Shown here: piece by piece, positions 1 to 15,400 of the stretch
How the letters are laid out: each line of letters starts with the position of its first letter
Numbering within the stretch: the first letter of the stretch is position 1
From: Azolla caroliniana
Taxonomy: Eukaryota; Plantae; Polypodiophyta
Length of the DNA: 64,000 bases
Direction: 5' to 3'
Assembly (NCBI GenBank): GCA_043228905.1
Contig: JBHGNT010000001.1
Location: 3,286,001 to 3,350,000, forward strand
Position numbers and translations under genes: made by a program
Notes under the pieces: model-generated
Databases searched by the model: none
What the model was told of the DNA's origin: nothing
Seen by the model: only the letters and a program-made list of their open reading frames with translations

Positions 1-119
1 ACATCATACATAATATACATCGCTTATATTCAATAACATGCATACAATGTTTTTCGGGCATACACTATAAATGCACAACGCATATAACCCATCTGGGCAT
101 AGACAGCACATCACATCAT

Positions 120-235
120 GCATGCATAATACACATGTGCCCATTTGCGCATTCCAGCGCACACCATATACATATAATACACACGTGCCCATTTGAGCAT
201 TTAATGCACAAATCATATATACATATAATATACAA
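120..235. repeat. ~50-bp minisatellite downstream of the dynein stop codon
   Basis: gtgcccatttg.gcatt...gcaca...catata..catataata is repeated. Confidence 0.7.
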
Positions 236-451
236 GCCACTTCCATTGCTTCCTTCCCGCCGGATTATATCATTTTCTTTGCTCACATTGCTTTGCCTAC
301 TGGAATGTGAAATAAAAAACCTGTTTGCCATTCAATTCGTTTCTTCCAAATGGAAATCTATGGATGCCATTTTGCGCAAATCGAAAAGCTGTTCAAACAC
401 TCTTTCTTCAATGTGTTTTTCGCTTAGCCTGATACCACAAACTATCGCTTT

Positions 452-3400
452 TCATGTAGCAAGAGACAAAAGGAGGGCAGTGCCTCGCTTAATCCAATGA
501 TCAGGAGAGTGTGATCCTGTCTTCAATGTGACGTAGAGCAAAAAGCTCGGCCGCTCACGCGAGCCAGTGCGGATTGGGTACAAGTATAATGGACACATGT
601 AAGTACCTTTTATTGCTTTCTTCTTGCTTACCACTGGCTTGAAATGTATGATTGGCATTGGGACAATGAGCTCCATAGGATGAGGCTCCTAGATAAGACA
701 AATGTAAGGAAATGAGAAAATGACATTATGAAATTGTGGAGCTGTTTATGATGCGTTTAAACTCAGATGCATAAAAAAGGCTGTTGCTTAAATCACCTAA
801 AACGCAAGTTGTTGTTGAATATTAATTACTAGCCTATAGGAATCAAGCATATACAATAGGGAAATGCAATGGGCTGCTATTAGAATGTATGCAAAGCAAC
901 ACAAAATGCAAGATTTTCAATTGAATACTTGTTACTAGTGTATAGCAATGGAGTGTATGATAGCAACAAACTGAACTCTCAACAATCTGTCTCTACCTTA
1001 AAAGTTGACAAGTTTCATTTCATGGTTAAAGGGGATATGATATATACTTGAAATGTTGGTTTTGGCATTGACTCTGAGAGGCAGTCTCTTCTTATCAATA
1101 CCAGTGTTACACTGGACTCGAGATCATGATGGGAGAGGCAATATAATTATTAGCAGCAATGTGTATAGCTTATAGAGTGTGTTTTTTGTAGAATTCATTT
1201 TCCATGATGAAAACCAGCCATGCCTTATCTTCTATGCATATTTTTCTTCTTATAAATTCAATGAAACCTTGTGCTTTTACTCATCAGTCAAGATGTAACA
1301 TGGAGAGCAAGCTCACCTTGAGACATTCATTCTCCCTGTCCCAGCCTGCACCTTCTAGGAAGAGCCCCTTTACGTAAACACCATCTTTGGCTGATTCATT
1401 GATATCATTCTCATCCTTGTTCACAATGGAGAATTCCCATGAAAGAGAGTCAATTGGCACAAGGTTTCGACGTGCAGTCATCTGCATCACAGCTGTCAAA
1501 AAGTCTGCAGGATATGTGAAACCTGCCAGCCAATATACAACTGGGTATGTTCCCTCAGCCCATGCCTTCAGCTCTGCTATCCTTTGTAGAAGATCTCTTG
1601 TCCATGAACCTAGTGGTTTAAGTGTTGGGTAGCTCCTGCCATCATAGACAAGGTATAACACTGAGATAAATTCTGGTAAGAAAATATTAAATAAATACAA
1701 TATTAGTTAATCAAAGATTAAGAGAGAAAGGCCCCAGCTCATAATAATGAATTTGATGAATAGAAAACTTGGGGCACATGTACACACAATTAATGATTTA
1801 CAACTAATCCCGTATTTTCAGCTTATGTTATGCTTAAGTAAAATATATCTGGTTCTCCTAATCTTTATTCCCATTTAAATTTAATGTCTTTTCTATGTGT
1901 ACCCGTATCAAGATGTTAAAAAAGCAAGGAGATAAAAATGTAAGTTCCTTGTCAGTGAGACTGATCCTGTATTACATTAGCGAGTTCAACTTTCTAGTTG
2001 TTATCTGCAGAGTGCATATTTTTTGGATGTATGTCAGCCATGGAGAGCACTGTATAAGAAGCCACTTTATTCTTGTTTATGGTTTTTGCAGAGTAAGTTT
2101 GATGAATGCTACAAAGGGCTTACTTGATCCATTTGGCTGGAACTTTTGACTCAGAGAACGCCTTATGCATAGTTTCCAGTTCTAATGACATGACAACAAG
2201 ACCCTGGATGCCTTTCTGCAGATTCGCACAAGATTCATGTATTTGCTTGAGTAAGATGTTGTAGCGCTCTATTTCTTGAAATAAAACAGTATGCAGTGCT
2301 GATGGGTCTCCAGACTTCTGAAGTTGTATATCTGCAAGATCCAACGGTTCTGGGACCTGGATATGATTTATGCGATGAATTAGAGAATTGGGATGATCAG
2401 ATAAAAATAGAGGATACATTTGAAATAAGTTGCTCACCTGTTGAAGAAGATCAGTAGCAATGTTCATAACAGTTTCTTCTTGAGTCAACCCTCCTTTACT
2501 GCTTGTGGCCTTTGGCTGTAAACTAGCAATTGTTACTAACATTAGCTTGCTAGCCGAGAGTTGTGATGCTATGTCTGCATTTGTATGCTGCCCAAATGCC
2601 TCTGGCCTATCTATTATAGGCCAGGTCTGTATGAACTCTCGATGTGATTGAAGGTTTCCATCATCAGGAATATGATAGATTGGGATTGTTGATAATGGAA
2701 AGTTTGCAACAGAAACTGCCTCTTGGCAGTAAAATTGATTCAAGTAAGAACTGAGCACACGGCGATCTATCTCATCTGTGACACGGCCACCATAGTTTGC
2801 TTCTGATATTAAGAATTTTAATGCATCAAACGGAGTTACTTCATATGCATCCAGATAGGTTTTTAGGAGGTCATCAGACACCTGCAAGCAACCATATATA
2901 GGGTCACCATATGTATGGGGTCCACAATAGCATTATTAGTTTATAAATATTGAATGTCATCACATACCTGGAAATCTGTATCATTAAAGTCATATGGAAT
3001 GTTGAGACCTAATGTGCCAAATTTTCGACGTTCCAAAAGCACACTATGGAAATAAGCAAGGGAAAAGAAGAGTTTTTGGTACTTTTCCTGTGCCTTGCAT
3101 TTCTGGAAAGATTCTTCTGAGGTCTGATTATACAATCTGAGTACATTTGCACGTAAACCCTGTGAATTTGGCCCATAAGGTTTAGAAACGTCGACAATAA
3201 TCTTCTATGAATGATAATAATGTTCATTACAAGCTTCACCTTTGGTGGCTCTGCTGTCATCTTCACACTGCGCTGCAGGATAGAAATAGGGAATTTGTCA
3301 TTGGGCTCACTGGAAAGCCATAAACGGAACATTTCGTGAGGGTTACTTTTCTCTAAACCCTGAATCACTTTCTCAAGATGGGGAAGCCAGCTTGTCATGA

Positions 3401-6400
3401 GATGACAATTTGCCAAAAAGACCCACCCACCAGTTTTGGCCTGCAACAAGGTAGTCTTTTAAGCACTAGAATCTGATTGGTGGTTTTCTAAGTTAAAGAT
3501 AAACATGTGTTGAGGAGCAAAATCGAAACATACAAACTCTTGGATAAGTTTAATGGCTATTGGTCCTTGTCCTTGTCCAAGAGCTACTGAATGGAAGCGG
3601 TCTGGTAATAAACCTTTTGAGCCTGCAAACTGCTGAAGTGAGGTTGTTGGATCAACTCCTGCGAAAAATTATGGAACAAGATAACGAGAGTTAAAAAACA
3701 TGAGTAAACACTGCAGCAGAGCCCACGATACAAGTGTTTACCTGCAGAAAGAATAAAAAGAAGAGGGCTGATTGGAGATGAGTCACTGAATGATTCTGCC
3801 AAATCAAGCATAGGTGGTTCCACAAACTTTTGACCAAGGATGTTAGCTACATACGATGATGTTGCAAACATCAAACGATCCTGTATGAACACAAAAACGA
3901 AGACTTGAGTGATTTTCAATGATTTTTGTACTTCTAGAAAAGCAAATTATGTAACCTGTCGGAAGCATCGAAGTATAATGAGGCGCTGCAACTCATTGCA
4001 TTTATCTTCCCAGTCACCAGGAAGCTCTACATTTTCTGGTTCAGATGTTTTGAACCACGTCTCCCATTTTCCTGTTTCTTGTTGCAAACTTGATACCTTC
4101 ATAAGGTTCATGCAAAAGATTCGTTCCTGTGAGTGATGCAAGTAGATGGCATTGACAAATTTGAGGGCGTATTAAAAACGTGAAACTTACAATGCCGTCA
4201 AATAAAGCTGGAAGACTTGTTGCAAGTTCTGTTATGTCATCCCAAGAATATTCTGAGATCCAGTCTGGTGCTGGGTTAGGAGGCTGTTTTGATTTGTCCA
4301 GCACTGTACCTCCTCGTAAAAGGAACTGCCATTCACCCTCGGTTATCACATTTGAGGCAAGAAGGATCTTCGAGCATATCTGTGGGAGTTTGAAGATTGG
4401 GAAATCAACAAATAGAAATGTTTTTCCATAACATGCACTACATACACTTCATTAAGTGATTAATTAGAAGGATACCATTAGGGAGAGCAGCAACTTATGC
4501 TTTTCAAATAGACCCCGAGCAGTGTATCTATATACAGCATAGGTATGGTAGTCTATGAGACATTTGATTCTTTCATTTATGTTGTCAGACCTGAATGGGA
4601 ATGTGTAAATTTTTTAATCTTGGCAACAATATTGTTTGAAATTCTTGAATTCAGGAGAAGGTTGTTCAACATCAAGAGACATACTTTGTTGATCTCATTA
4701 TGGATATGAGAAAGAGCTCCATGTATGCCTCCAATGAGAATTGATACATTGGATCTATTGATACCAACTCATTCAGTATAAAGTAAAGTAGAGACGCTCT
4801 TTCAGCACAAGGTTTATATGCTGCACTGGCAACTTCAATGCTTTTTGATGTTACTTCTGCCACTTCCAAAGATTGTTTTATCTGTTTACAATTGACACAA
4901 AGGAAATGGTGTTTTTACGGGTAACATACACAATGATCTATATATGTCCATATGTACATGTACAAAATGTTTGCCAATATAAGACAGTTGAATTGTGAAA
5001 CCTACCGTTTCATATGTCTCTTTTGAGATATCTAGAGTTTCTATCAAATCCAGATTATCAAGCAGTGGTCCTTCGGCTGTTGCAAGCAGTCTCAAAATTT
5101 GATCTTCACAGTTAGCCTGAGTCTTCTTTCCCGTTGTAACCTACATATGAAAATTAAATTAGTAATAGTATTTATTTACTTCTAATAAAAACCAAGTTCA
5201 TCTGAGGAAAATTTGACTTGCAACACAAGATTCACATGTATGTTTAAGTAGTACAAATTGTCTTAGAGATCACATGGGTGCAGGTTGTTCATGTAGTCAG
5301 GAAAAGGAGGTTCTTCTATCTTCCATGGAGTTTTGTAAGATCCACACCATGAAAAGAACATGTGTGAGCTTTGGACCCTAAACTTAGGACATCATGGGTT
5401 CTAATTTGTGACCATAAATGGAATGGTGATCTATGAGGAACAACTTGGTAGAGGAACTAAATTGGGTACCAACTTATTGTATTGAGTTGCAGTTAGAGTT
5501 CATAATCATAAAAGGCGATCTTTAGAGCTTCTATAATTCATATTACATCTATTTCTTTGAAGATAAATTATAATATTTCAGGTGTTTAACCTGTAAAATA
5601 AGCTCATTTCTTTGTTTATCAAGGTCAGGTCTTTCTTTCTGGACTACAAGTGTAAGAAGTTGTGCTTGAAGGCTTTGCTCTTTGACTGCAAAGTTAATAA
5701 TGGTGGTTTTGACTGAGGTTTCTGGAGAGAAACGGGGGTTTGAAAGCTTTGTTGTTATGTATAGTCTGAAGTTAGAGTTATAATCAATTTCCTTCTCTCC
5801 AAGTCGAAGATAAACCTGAAAAAATAAGATAATACCGAATCAATAAAGAGTTAAGAGGATGATCACACTTCTTCACCTGAAATATTAATTTTTTATTGCC
5901 ATAATTTAAGTTCATCATGCTATATAAAGTATTTGGAACTGTCTTTAAGGATCAATAATGTAAGAGATTGTGACTCAGAAATCAGAAATAAAAAATGCTC
6001 ACCCGACTTCCTTTAGTGATGAGTGCCTTAGAAAGCACTGGTTCTAGAGAAGGATCAATCTCCTCAAGAATATCCACTAATAAGACTGGGGTACCAAGCT
6101 GTATGCAGTCCTCCATTTTTCGCATCAAGTTGTCCATCTGAATACATGGGAGGAGATATAAATTCATAGATTAATCGTCACGAAAGAAAGAAAAAAGTAC
6201 GATATATTAACGACTTTTAAGAGGCCAGGTGGCATATGTGACCAAATGAGAAATCAATGATTATACATTGGGTCTGATGGACTTGCTATTTCCCAGTTGT
6301 ATTACATCTATTGCTCAAGGTGAATGTGTCTGGGACTTGGTCTTGGCACAGCCATACATCTGGTTTCAATGCCCTATTCCATAGAAGCTTTCTTGATGCT

Positions 6401-9400
6401 AGTTGATTCCCTGTATGTTCAACATGCCTATGATAGATTAAGCAAAAGTCTCAACAGACGTCAGAGTGATGACGTCTTTTATGTGGATTGGATATATTGA
6501 TGACATGCCAGCTGCATTTTAGTATGGGAGAGCCAATGGATGACACGTTAGATTTACAAGATTATAGACATGGGATCACAGCAGAGTATATTGATGACAT
6601 GAAACTGCATTGTACTATGGGAGAGGCAAGGATGTCACATTAAATTTACATGATTATATGCACGGGATCAATAGGAAACATATGTCAACGTCTTTTACGA
6701 GGCCAGAATGGTTTATGAGACTAAAAATGTCAACTTATCTTGGAGAACAATAAACCAAAGCAAATATAAGTAAATTCATAAAACTGCCAAGGGTACCACC
6801 ATTAGCTAAGGAAGTAACATTTCTCAGAGGGAAGGCCATGTCCAAAATCCTTTGTTCTGCAAACTCCCAGTTGATTTTTCATCTGCTAATCTAAATTGCA
6901 TTCTAAAAGAGTGTTCATGCTTTCCACATTACTTTCTCACATAGTACACTCGTGTTTAATTTTGTATTGCCTTTTTATTATGAAAAAAAACCGCACCAGT
7001 ATATTGCAACTTATTAAGAAATACAGTAATTTCTTGAGAGGTACCTGCAAGTCAACTACTACAAGGCCATTGTTTGCTTCCATGTTTTTCACCCATTTTT
7101 TGGCTTGTTCCTGAAATTGATGTTCATTTACTGAGCTTACCAAAGTTATCAGAGCAAATGCAAGTATATGGAAAATCTAATCAACAAACCTGTGGATCAA
7201 CCATCAGGGGCCATCTGTTACTTCTTGTCACAAGCACACCATTCTCAGTTGAAAACGAATCAGCTGGGAGACCTTGAAGATTCCAGTCTAGAACATCACC
7301 AGCATTTGCTAGAAATGCAGAAAATCTAAAGTTCGGTGTTGATGGAATCTCTGATTTTAAAACCTGTAAAGAAAGAAATAGTCCATATAATTGCCATATT
7401 CAATATATCTGCAGAATTTCCCGAGTGTAAGCATATGAAGTCAGATTCCCAAATATGCAATAATTTTCAAGATTACTATGTTTAAATATACTGCATAATC
7501 TCTATTAACTGGTGCAATATAGTTGCAATATACTGGTAGGAAAATATAGTTGCAAATATTCATCTCCAAAAATATCCAGAGTAGGAAATTTTGTTTATCT
7601 TGGTAGTGTAGCATACCTCTGGTACCCATATGCCTTTAACTAAATCATCACGATACTCAGATGAAAAGGGTCCCGCATAAGAAAGAAATGCAGCAGCCAT
7701 AAGACAATCTCCTGGAAGTCTCTTGATCTCATCTTGAAATGTGGTAATAGACACTTCCCAACGGATTTTCTCGCCTGCGAGTCCTGAAATTAACTTCTCT
7801 GCTCTTTGCAATTTGACCTGTATTTAGTTGATGAAGGATCATGGTATGGAATCAGGGGCAATAAAAAGCTAAATAGACCATTTTGGCCATTTTAGAGATG
7901 TTTCACCCTATGTGTATTTGTTTCCTTCTATTTCATGTGTAACCAATCGTTGTACAACGATAGGATAGTATATAAACTGCATAGGTCTGATTTATTTAGC
8001 ATCACTGCTATTTCTGGCAAAGTCTTGTGGCAGAGTATGACATAAGATTAGACTGAATAAAATTATGTAGTAGAAAATTTAAAAGTCCAAGAATGTTAGA
8101 AATATTTTCAATTCAAGAAACAAAACATCATGAAACCTATGCAATGGAATTCATTTGTTGAAATAAAAGCATGTGAAACGCGCTTGTATGTATATGCTAT
8201 AAATAAATGTGGCATATACCTCAAGGTCATCCGATTCTTTTTGTAGAGCCTCTTTTGAAGACAATGAACGGTCGTACTTATCTTTGAGGGCTTGAACTTT
8301 TTTACGAACTTCGTCCAATTTATTTCTGATATGAACATACAGAATGTCAGATTTTCTGGTGATTAAAATAAAAAAGTGTATTCTCTGTCTAGATAATACA
8401 TATGGAAGTGCATTATCTGGGAAAATGAGAAGAAGGTAATACATTTTTTCTAATTGTAGAGGTATGACATATGGTTTTTTCCATAATTGGAAATCTAAAT
8501 TTTTTTCTTGAGGTGTTTTGTTTCGTAGTTCCCACCAATTTTTGTTGAGGTGTTTTTCCATAGTTGAAACCAATTTTTCTTTTTTACCTTTCATTCTTGA
8601 GGTGTTTTGTTTCTTTGATTAGCATTAGTTAGCGTATGTGAAAATTATGATTTTCCCATTGATGAGGGATTTTCTAAATCTTACTTGGCATCTTGAAGTG
8701 CAGCCTCTTTCTTTTTAAGAGTATCTTGTGCTGTTTTCAGCTTTATTTTCTTTGGTAATACCTCCTTATTTATATACCCATAGGATTCCATTGCTCTAAC
8801 CTGATTGCACGAGATTTGAATATGTTACATTATTTGTTTAAAATTTAGTTTGTATTTATAAAAACATCTTTTTTATCCAATGCATTTTTCAGTATATTCT
8901 TTCTTCTATTATTTTATAAGACCTAATCTGCTCTGTTTGTCATAGTTTAATAATGATAGTAAGAATCTTTAATTCTCTCTCACCCAAAGGCAGAGGCCAC
9001 GTGCTGCGCCAGATACTTTTCCAACAGCTTCTGGAGTGAAATCAGGTTCAGATGTATATTTATTAATTTTCTTCAAAACAGCGTCAACCTGGAGAGTCAT
9101 CAACAAGTTTCAAAATGGCATCTCATAAAAATAATTTGAATGTGCAGAGCCAAATACATTAGCTTGTAAATGAGGGTTCATTAACGGCATATAAAGCTGA
9201 AGTAAAGTGAAATGAAAATATTTAACATATACATAGTTAAAGTAAACACGAGAATAGCATATTATTTTTATCAGTGTAATGCATAAAATTCTACGCAGGA
9301 AAACCAGATCATACCAGCAAGTCTTTATCATACTTCAAGAGGTTTGTTAGGAAAGAAGGATCTCCTAGTGCTTTTTTGGCTTCTTCCCATGTAGGTGGTC

Positions 9401-12400
9401 TTTTTAAAACAGTCATAACAGCTCCAAGAGTCAGCTCAACTAATGCTGGTGGTTTTGCATAGGCCTTTACCTCACTCAAATCTTTTTTAGTCAAAACATT
9501 GAGTGCCTCCTCAGCTGCTTGCAATGCAGGTAAGGCTTTGTCGAGATCTTGTTGACAATCATAAGCAATTGCATTGCATGCCTTTGCTTCTTTTTCAATC
9601 TTGGCAGCCTCTTCATTGACCTAAACTTATTGTAGACATACAGTCAGAAGGAAAAAACCCAAAACATGCTTAAATGAATCTTATTTTCTTGTAAATTAAT
9701 CAAATCTAAAAACATAATCAATTTCAGGGGAACGAAAAGATTGAAGAAATGAAACTAAATTTGACCTTAAAGCACAACATTTTGGTAAAAGATAATATAT
9801 AATATTCCTAATACACAAAAGTCCTCTATTTTCATTGAGACAATGCATAAGATCATATATTGCTGAGTTACTATGGAAGATACGAACTTAATTTATTTTC
9901 TCATACGTTTTTGGCAGATTTTCTTTCTTCTCATTTTAGTAATATAAAAAATTTAAGCTGTAGAAAAACTCGCCTGTCTCTCTTGTTCATCAATGATTCG
10001 TTTTTCTTGAACTATCTCTACAAGGATCTCTTCACATTCTCGTTTTGCTACTGCAACAACTTCCTTTTTCTCTTGGCACACAACCTGCATATTTGCTACT
10101 TGCACACGAGTTTCATTGAGGGTATTTAGCCCTCCTTTTAACTTCGCAGCACTATCTTCTAGCTTATGTTTTATCTCAGCAAGTAATTTCCTGTATCTGC
10201 AAATATGAAGAGAGGCAGGCTTTAAGATTTTCATAGATAGTGCACTTCAGTATTTTGAGAGGTTAACACGCTCTATTTATACTCATTTAATGAAATAATT
10301 TTACTTGGAAATTGGCATCCTAGTATGTGGGTTAAGCTAGAAACAAAAAAGAAAGATATATTGACTTTTTTAAGAGGCCAAAACAGCCTATCAATCTGAG
10401 GGAGAAATTGCCGCTTAAAATTTTTCAAGTCTTACAGAAGAACAAACTGAATTAAGTAAAACTAAATCAGTACTACTCCATAATTCTCTGTGATGTACCA
10501 GAGTATCACATTGGCCAACCAGCTAAAAATGAGCTGAAGCATAGATGGACCGAAACTTCTGTCTCTAAAAAATCTTGAACATTGTCCTGATCCAAGATGG
10601 ATAGGTCTCCGAAGTGAGGAAGCACCTTCAGAATTGGGTGATAATGGCCTTTATCTTTTGATGACAAGGGTGACAGGGTGTTTTAAGAGGCCACAATGTC
10701 CTATGAGACTGAACAAATAATTACATCTTAACATTCTCATCTTGATTACAGCTATGTAATCAAGCTGGAAAGAAACAAGAAAACCAATGATGCTAATGAT
10801 TACAGCTACCTCGAATAAAATAACGAGTAGGATACAGTTATCTCACTAACATCTATGGATGATAAGAATACCAAATAAATTACACCATAGTGACCAGAAC
10901 AGACAAAGACAGAAGAAACACGCATCATAAGGTTAAGAATCAATTGAGTAAATGCTAACCCTTTGCCAAAATCCAGGTAGCTTGTAGGTGTCACATAATT
11001 ACGCCGTCTATGTTGTGCAAACATTTTTGCAGACATATCTACAACGGATTTGTGGATTGTCACAAACAATTTGCAGACCTTAGCATTTGCTTCACCAGTA
11101 CCCAAGGCTGTCTCATCTGCCATTAGCTTGACGGCTACTTCATGAAGTGCATCTTCAGGCCAGTCCAAGAACCTACGCGTAGTATTATCAGTAGATGGCA
11201 AAGTGGAATTCTCTAATTTTCTATATCCTTGAAATGCATGGGAAAATACCAGTCAATTGTCGAACAATTAACAAGGCCAGGGAACATTTGCAGTCTTCTA
11301 TGGAATGACTCTTGTACAGGGCTAAGGCACAAGACAATATGCATATTCCTCCGTGCCTTTTCCAAGAAAAACGAATAGAGTTCATCATCTGTGTCTCCTG
11401 CATTTGCTTTTTTCGCCTCTGCTCTACACTGGTCAAAGATTGATGAAAGGTCATCCTTCGTAAAAAGATTTGGTACCTGGTAGAAAAAAACAGATTTCAA
11501 CTCTTTAGCAACGATAAATTTAATCTCACATGCAACGCACTACGTAGTAACAAAGATTACATGTGTGTGTGTGTATATATATATATTACCTCTCCGGTAC
11601 TTAAAATGTTGTTTATGTCTTCAAGAAATGTTTCAATTACAATCTGAGTATCATCAAAGAGAAAAACTACTGGTGGCTTATTTTCCCCCAATCCGGCTTG
11701 CTGATATAATGTTTTGAGATCATCATGGAATTGACTTGTTCCATAATTCTTGACAACATTCACAGTAAAGACCTGTGAGAAAAGAAATGTTTAGAATCCC
11801 TATCATAGACTCACCCCCATTATATATGATTCCATGAGTCGATATGTTTCTTTTATGGCAGTGAACGAATAAATAGAACATAATATACAAAGATCTATTT
11901 CATTGACACAGCAACTACCAACTATTGAGTCACCATAATAATGTTGTATACTACATAATCTAAAATGTTTCATGCAACGTATGCTATATTATTGGACAAA
12001 CCATCAATTTAGCCATTTTGCAAATAATATAAACCTTCATTGTTGATATCTAAAATTCAATCAAGGCTTCTTTTCTATCCATTTAGGATACAGGTTTTAG
12101 CACTATAACCTTCCTGAATAACTTTACAGCACTTAGCCTAGTTTAGTGAGCTTATGGAACATATGCATGATTTAAAAAAAATGGACTATGTTTTACAGAA
12201 CATCTGTAGTATTCGGAACAATATTTTCCAAGTTCACATCATCATGCATATTTGCAAAAACGTTGACAGGTTACCAAACCATGTAGAAAAGAAACTTCAA
12301 TCCAAATTAATGCATGAGGAACTCAATTAGCTCGCCACCTCAAGCTATGTTAAGGATATAGATAAGCTTTAAGCATGAGTTGAGAGCTCAATATGGATCT

Positions 12401-15400
12401 CTATGTAGTTCTATTATCCATAAAAAAAGGAATCTGAAAATCTATTGACCTCTCATTGGAATACGGTGTTGATATGCATAGTTTTTACTTGAAGAATGAC
12501 ACCAGGTGATGTAATTCATCCATGTATGGCCAAAGACAGTCCATAATACCACATTGAGAGACACAATTCTACTATATTTATGTGGGATCTCAACTCTGTA
12601 TCCATGGAAAAAATAAAATGGAAACCTACTCACAAATTCTACAGAGATGTATCATTTAGCTACAATATTGGATGAAGTAATTGCAGAATTTCAGTGTCTT
12701 GGCCTTGATACTCATTGAAACTCAAATAGCAAAGAAAGTTTAAGAAATAAAACCCAAGGAAATGGAATAATGAAGCTTTCATACAAAATAGATCCACATT
12801 TTTTGTTCCAACAACACCATCAACAAATATTCGCCAGATCACAACTTCATCTGTGTTGTAGTAATAAAGAGTAGAAAGCAAGTTAAGTGTTCTCACCTTC
12901 ATGTCAGCTACAAACGCAGCTAATCGTGTAAGACTCTTTCTTCCACTACCACCTACACCAACTAATAATAAGTTTCCTCGTGGCTGAATAAGAACTCTGT
13001 GAATACGGCAAACATGCTCCATGGCATCCCGGAAGAGTACCTGTTTAAAATATCTTATTAAATGATTGTGATGAACAATGAAGTTTCCTATTTGTGAAAT
13101 TCTCCCCTTAGAAATGGCATTTCTAACTCCTAAATTTGTGGGTGACTAAAACCTATAGAATTCAGTTACCACTGGAAATCTCTTAAATTTCCCAAAGTTT
13201 AGTTCAAAATTTACATACTTTGATGCATGAGGTAAGTGAAAATTTCCTAAACAATGTGTTTTCCTTGCAAAAAATTGGCATCAAGTTTGGCATTTAGGAC
13301 ATTTTCATTCCAGTTTTGTTATGTATGTAAACCAAATTAATCAAGCCTTTTGTTTTGACAGATATTGATTGGGATCTATACGTTTTGTTTCTGATATTAG
13401 TTACCACTGGAAATGTCTTAAATTTCTACAATGACAGCTCAAAACTTATGTACTCGATGCATGTGGTAAGTGAGATGTTTCAAATTATGTGTTTCCCTAG
13501 CAAAAAAGTGGCATCAAGTTTGGCACTCAGGACGAAATATTTCTCATATGATTATGTACTGAGTACAAAATATATACAGACTGGGGTCTATATGTTTTGT
13601 TTCTGATATTAGTTTCCTACACCTTTTCTTGACAGTCGTACAAAAATAAGGACGGAACTTTACCAAATCCATTGCAAAGACCCCAGGCTGTGATTGAAGC
13701 TCCTTTAGATTTTCTTCCAATGTATCCTTCAGTTCCTTGAAGCTGGGTATAGGCTCATAAACACCTTCAGTCCCGGATTGCATAATGCTTGTGAAAACAG
13801 ATAGTTCACCATCTCTAAACAGGCTTTTCCACTCAGTATTAAATGAATCTTTCAACTTCTGGTCAAGAAGTTCCTAAAATAGAAGCAGATTCACGTATTA
13901 AATCAAACATGGCCAATGAAGAAAGGTTAACAGTTATGAAAGTTTTACGATTTTATTCTATCTTGAGAAACAAAATTATAAATCTATGACGCTATCATTG
14001 CAAATAATTACTAAGTTTCTGATATGAAGCTATCAATGTGCTGATGTGAACAAGTTATAAAACTAAGAAGAATTGCATATTGTGAATATCCTCCATTGTA
14101 CATACAACGTCCATGTGGTACAATTTCTGAGATGGGAATTTTCCTGTAATAATTTCTAAGGGTCAATCCGGATTCTCCTGCATAGAAATGCTAGAGGATA
14201 TCCAAGATAAGTACAGATCAGCCATTAATATCATGCTTTCTTTTTATAACGTCACATTGACTCTTCTCTATGGAGTAGAAACCGAGGGAACCTAGTTTTA
14301 GCAATGCAAATAGCTGGAAAGATATGGAGAGACCTTTAGTCTCAATGACTTCCTGCATGATAAGTAGAAAAGCATCAGTGCCCATGATATAATTCAGGTG
14401 GACATGGAAGGAGCCCCAATAATTACTGAGGCATTATTCCAATCAGTGACTGGTATCTGACACCTTTGGGAGCTGCCTAAACAAAGGTACTCAAGGTTGG
14501 CACTTATGTCATCAAAACAGATTTGTGAACAAGGAGATAATCATTGTTGGTATGCTAAAATGCAGAAATGGTATAATCATAAAAACATAATCACATGACA
14601 TAATTATAAAAACACAATCACACAACATAATCATAAAAACACAATCACAACTTTCTTTGGCCTCAACACTCAGTTTTATAGTAATTTAACCCTTTTATAA
14701 ACAATGAGAAGACATAATAATGAAAGAAACATGGGGAATGTCTCTAGTTCCAGTATGGTGAGTCTACTATCAACGACAATGTTGCTTGGGTCATCGTACG
14801 TGTCCCATGGGCCCTTTTGATTTGTTACCCATGATCCAGTTTGTCGCTAAAGCCTGAGAATTCAATTCCGAAAACTTTCGAGCCTATCTCATCCTTTTCC
14901 CCTTGTCATCTTTAGAAAGATATTGAACACTTGCCTTTCTTGTTCCAGTGGTTTGCTCTTAATCGTAGACTGATTAAACACTACTTCTGATAATCAATTA
15001 TGTTATGTATTTACAAAACATGTATTCAACTCCCCAACCAGGATATATCGAAAGGATTACAATAGATCAGGCAATAGCAATTTGTTGTGCACCTAGGCCC
15101 CAGTCTCGTGGACTGTGATCTCGCCACCCTTGTCATCAACAGATAAAAGTCATTATCACTCACCATCACAGGTGCTTCCTTCACTTCAGTAATCTCTCCA
15201 TTCTGGATCAACCTATTCTAGAGATCTTTCAAAGGAAAAAATTACAACGTATATGACTTAAGAATTTTACATGTATGCATAATGGAGTTCTTTAGTCACT
15301 TTTCACAAAAATAAGACAATCTAAACAGAAAGTAATCTGTGTACCCTATTTATTGGATGTGGTTAACAAAACGAATATAGAAACAATTCATTATTACCTG

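Noticed and set aside
4-500. Short ORFs at the window start
   Set aside because: They arise from a minisatellite and from antisense overlap with the dynein 3' end; low complexity.
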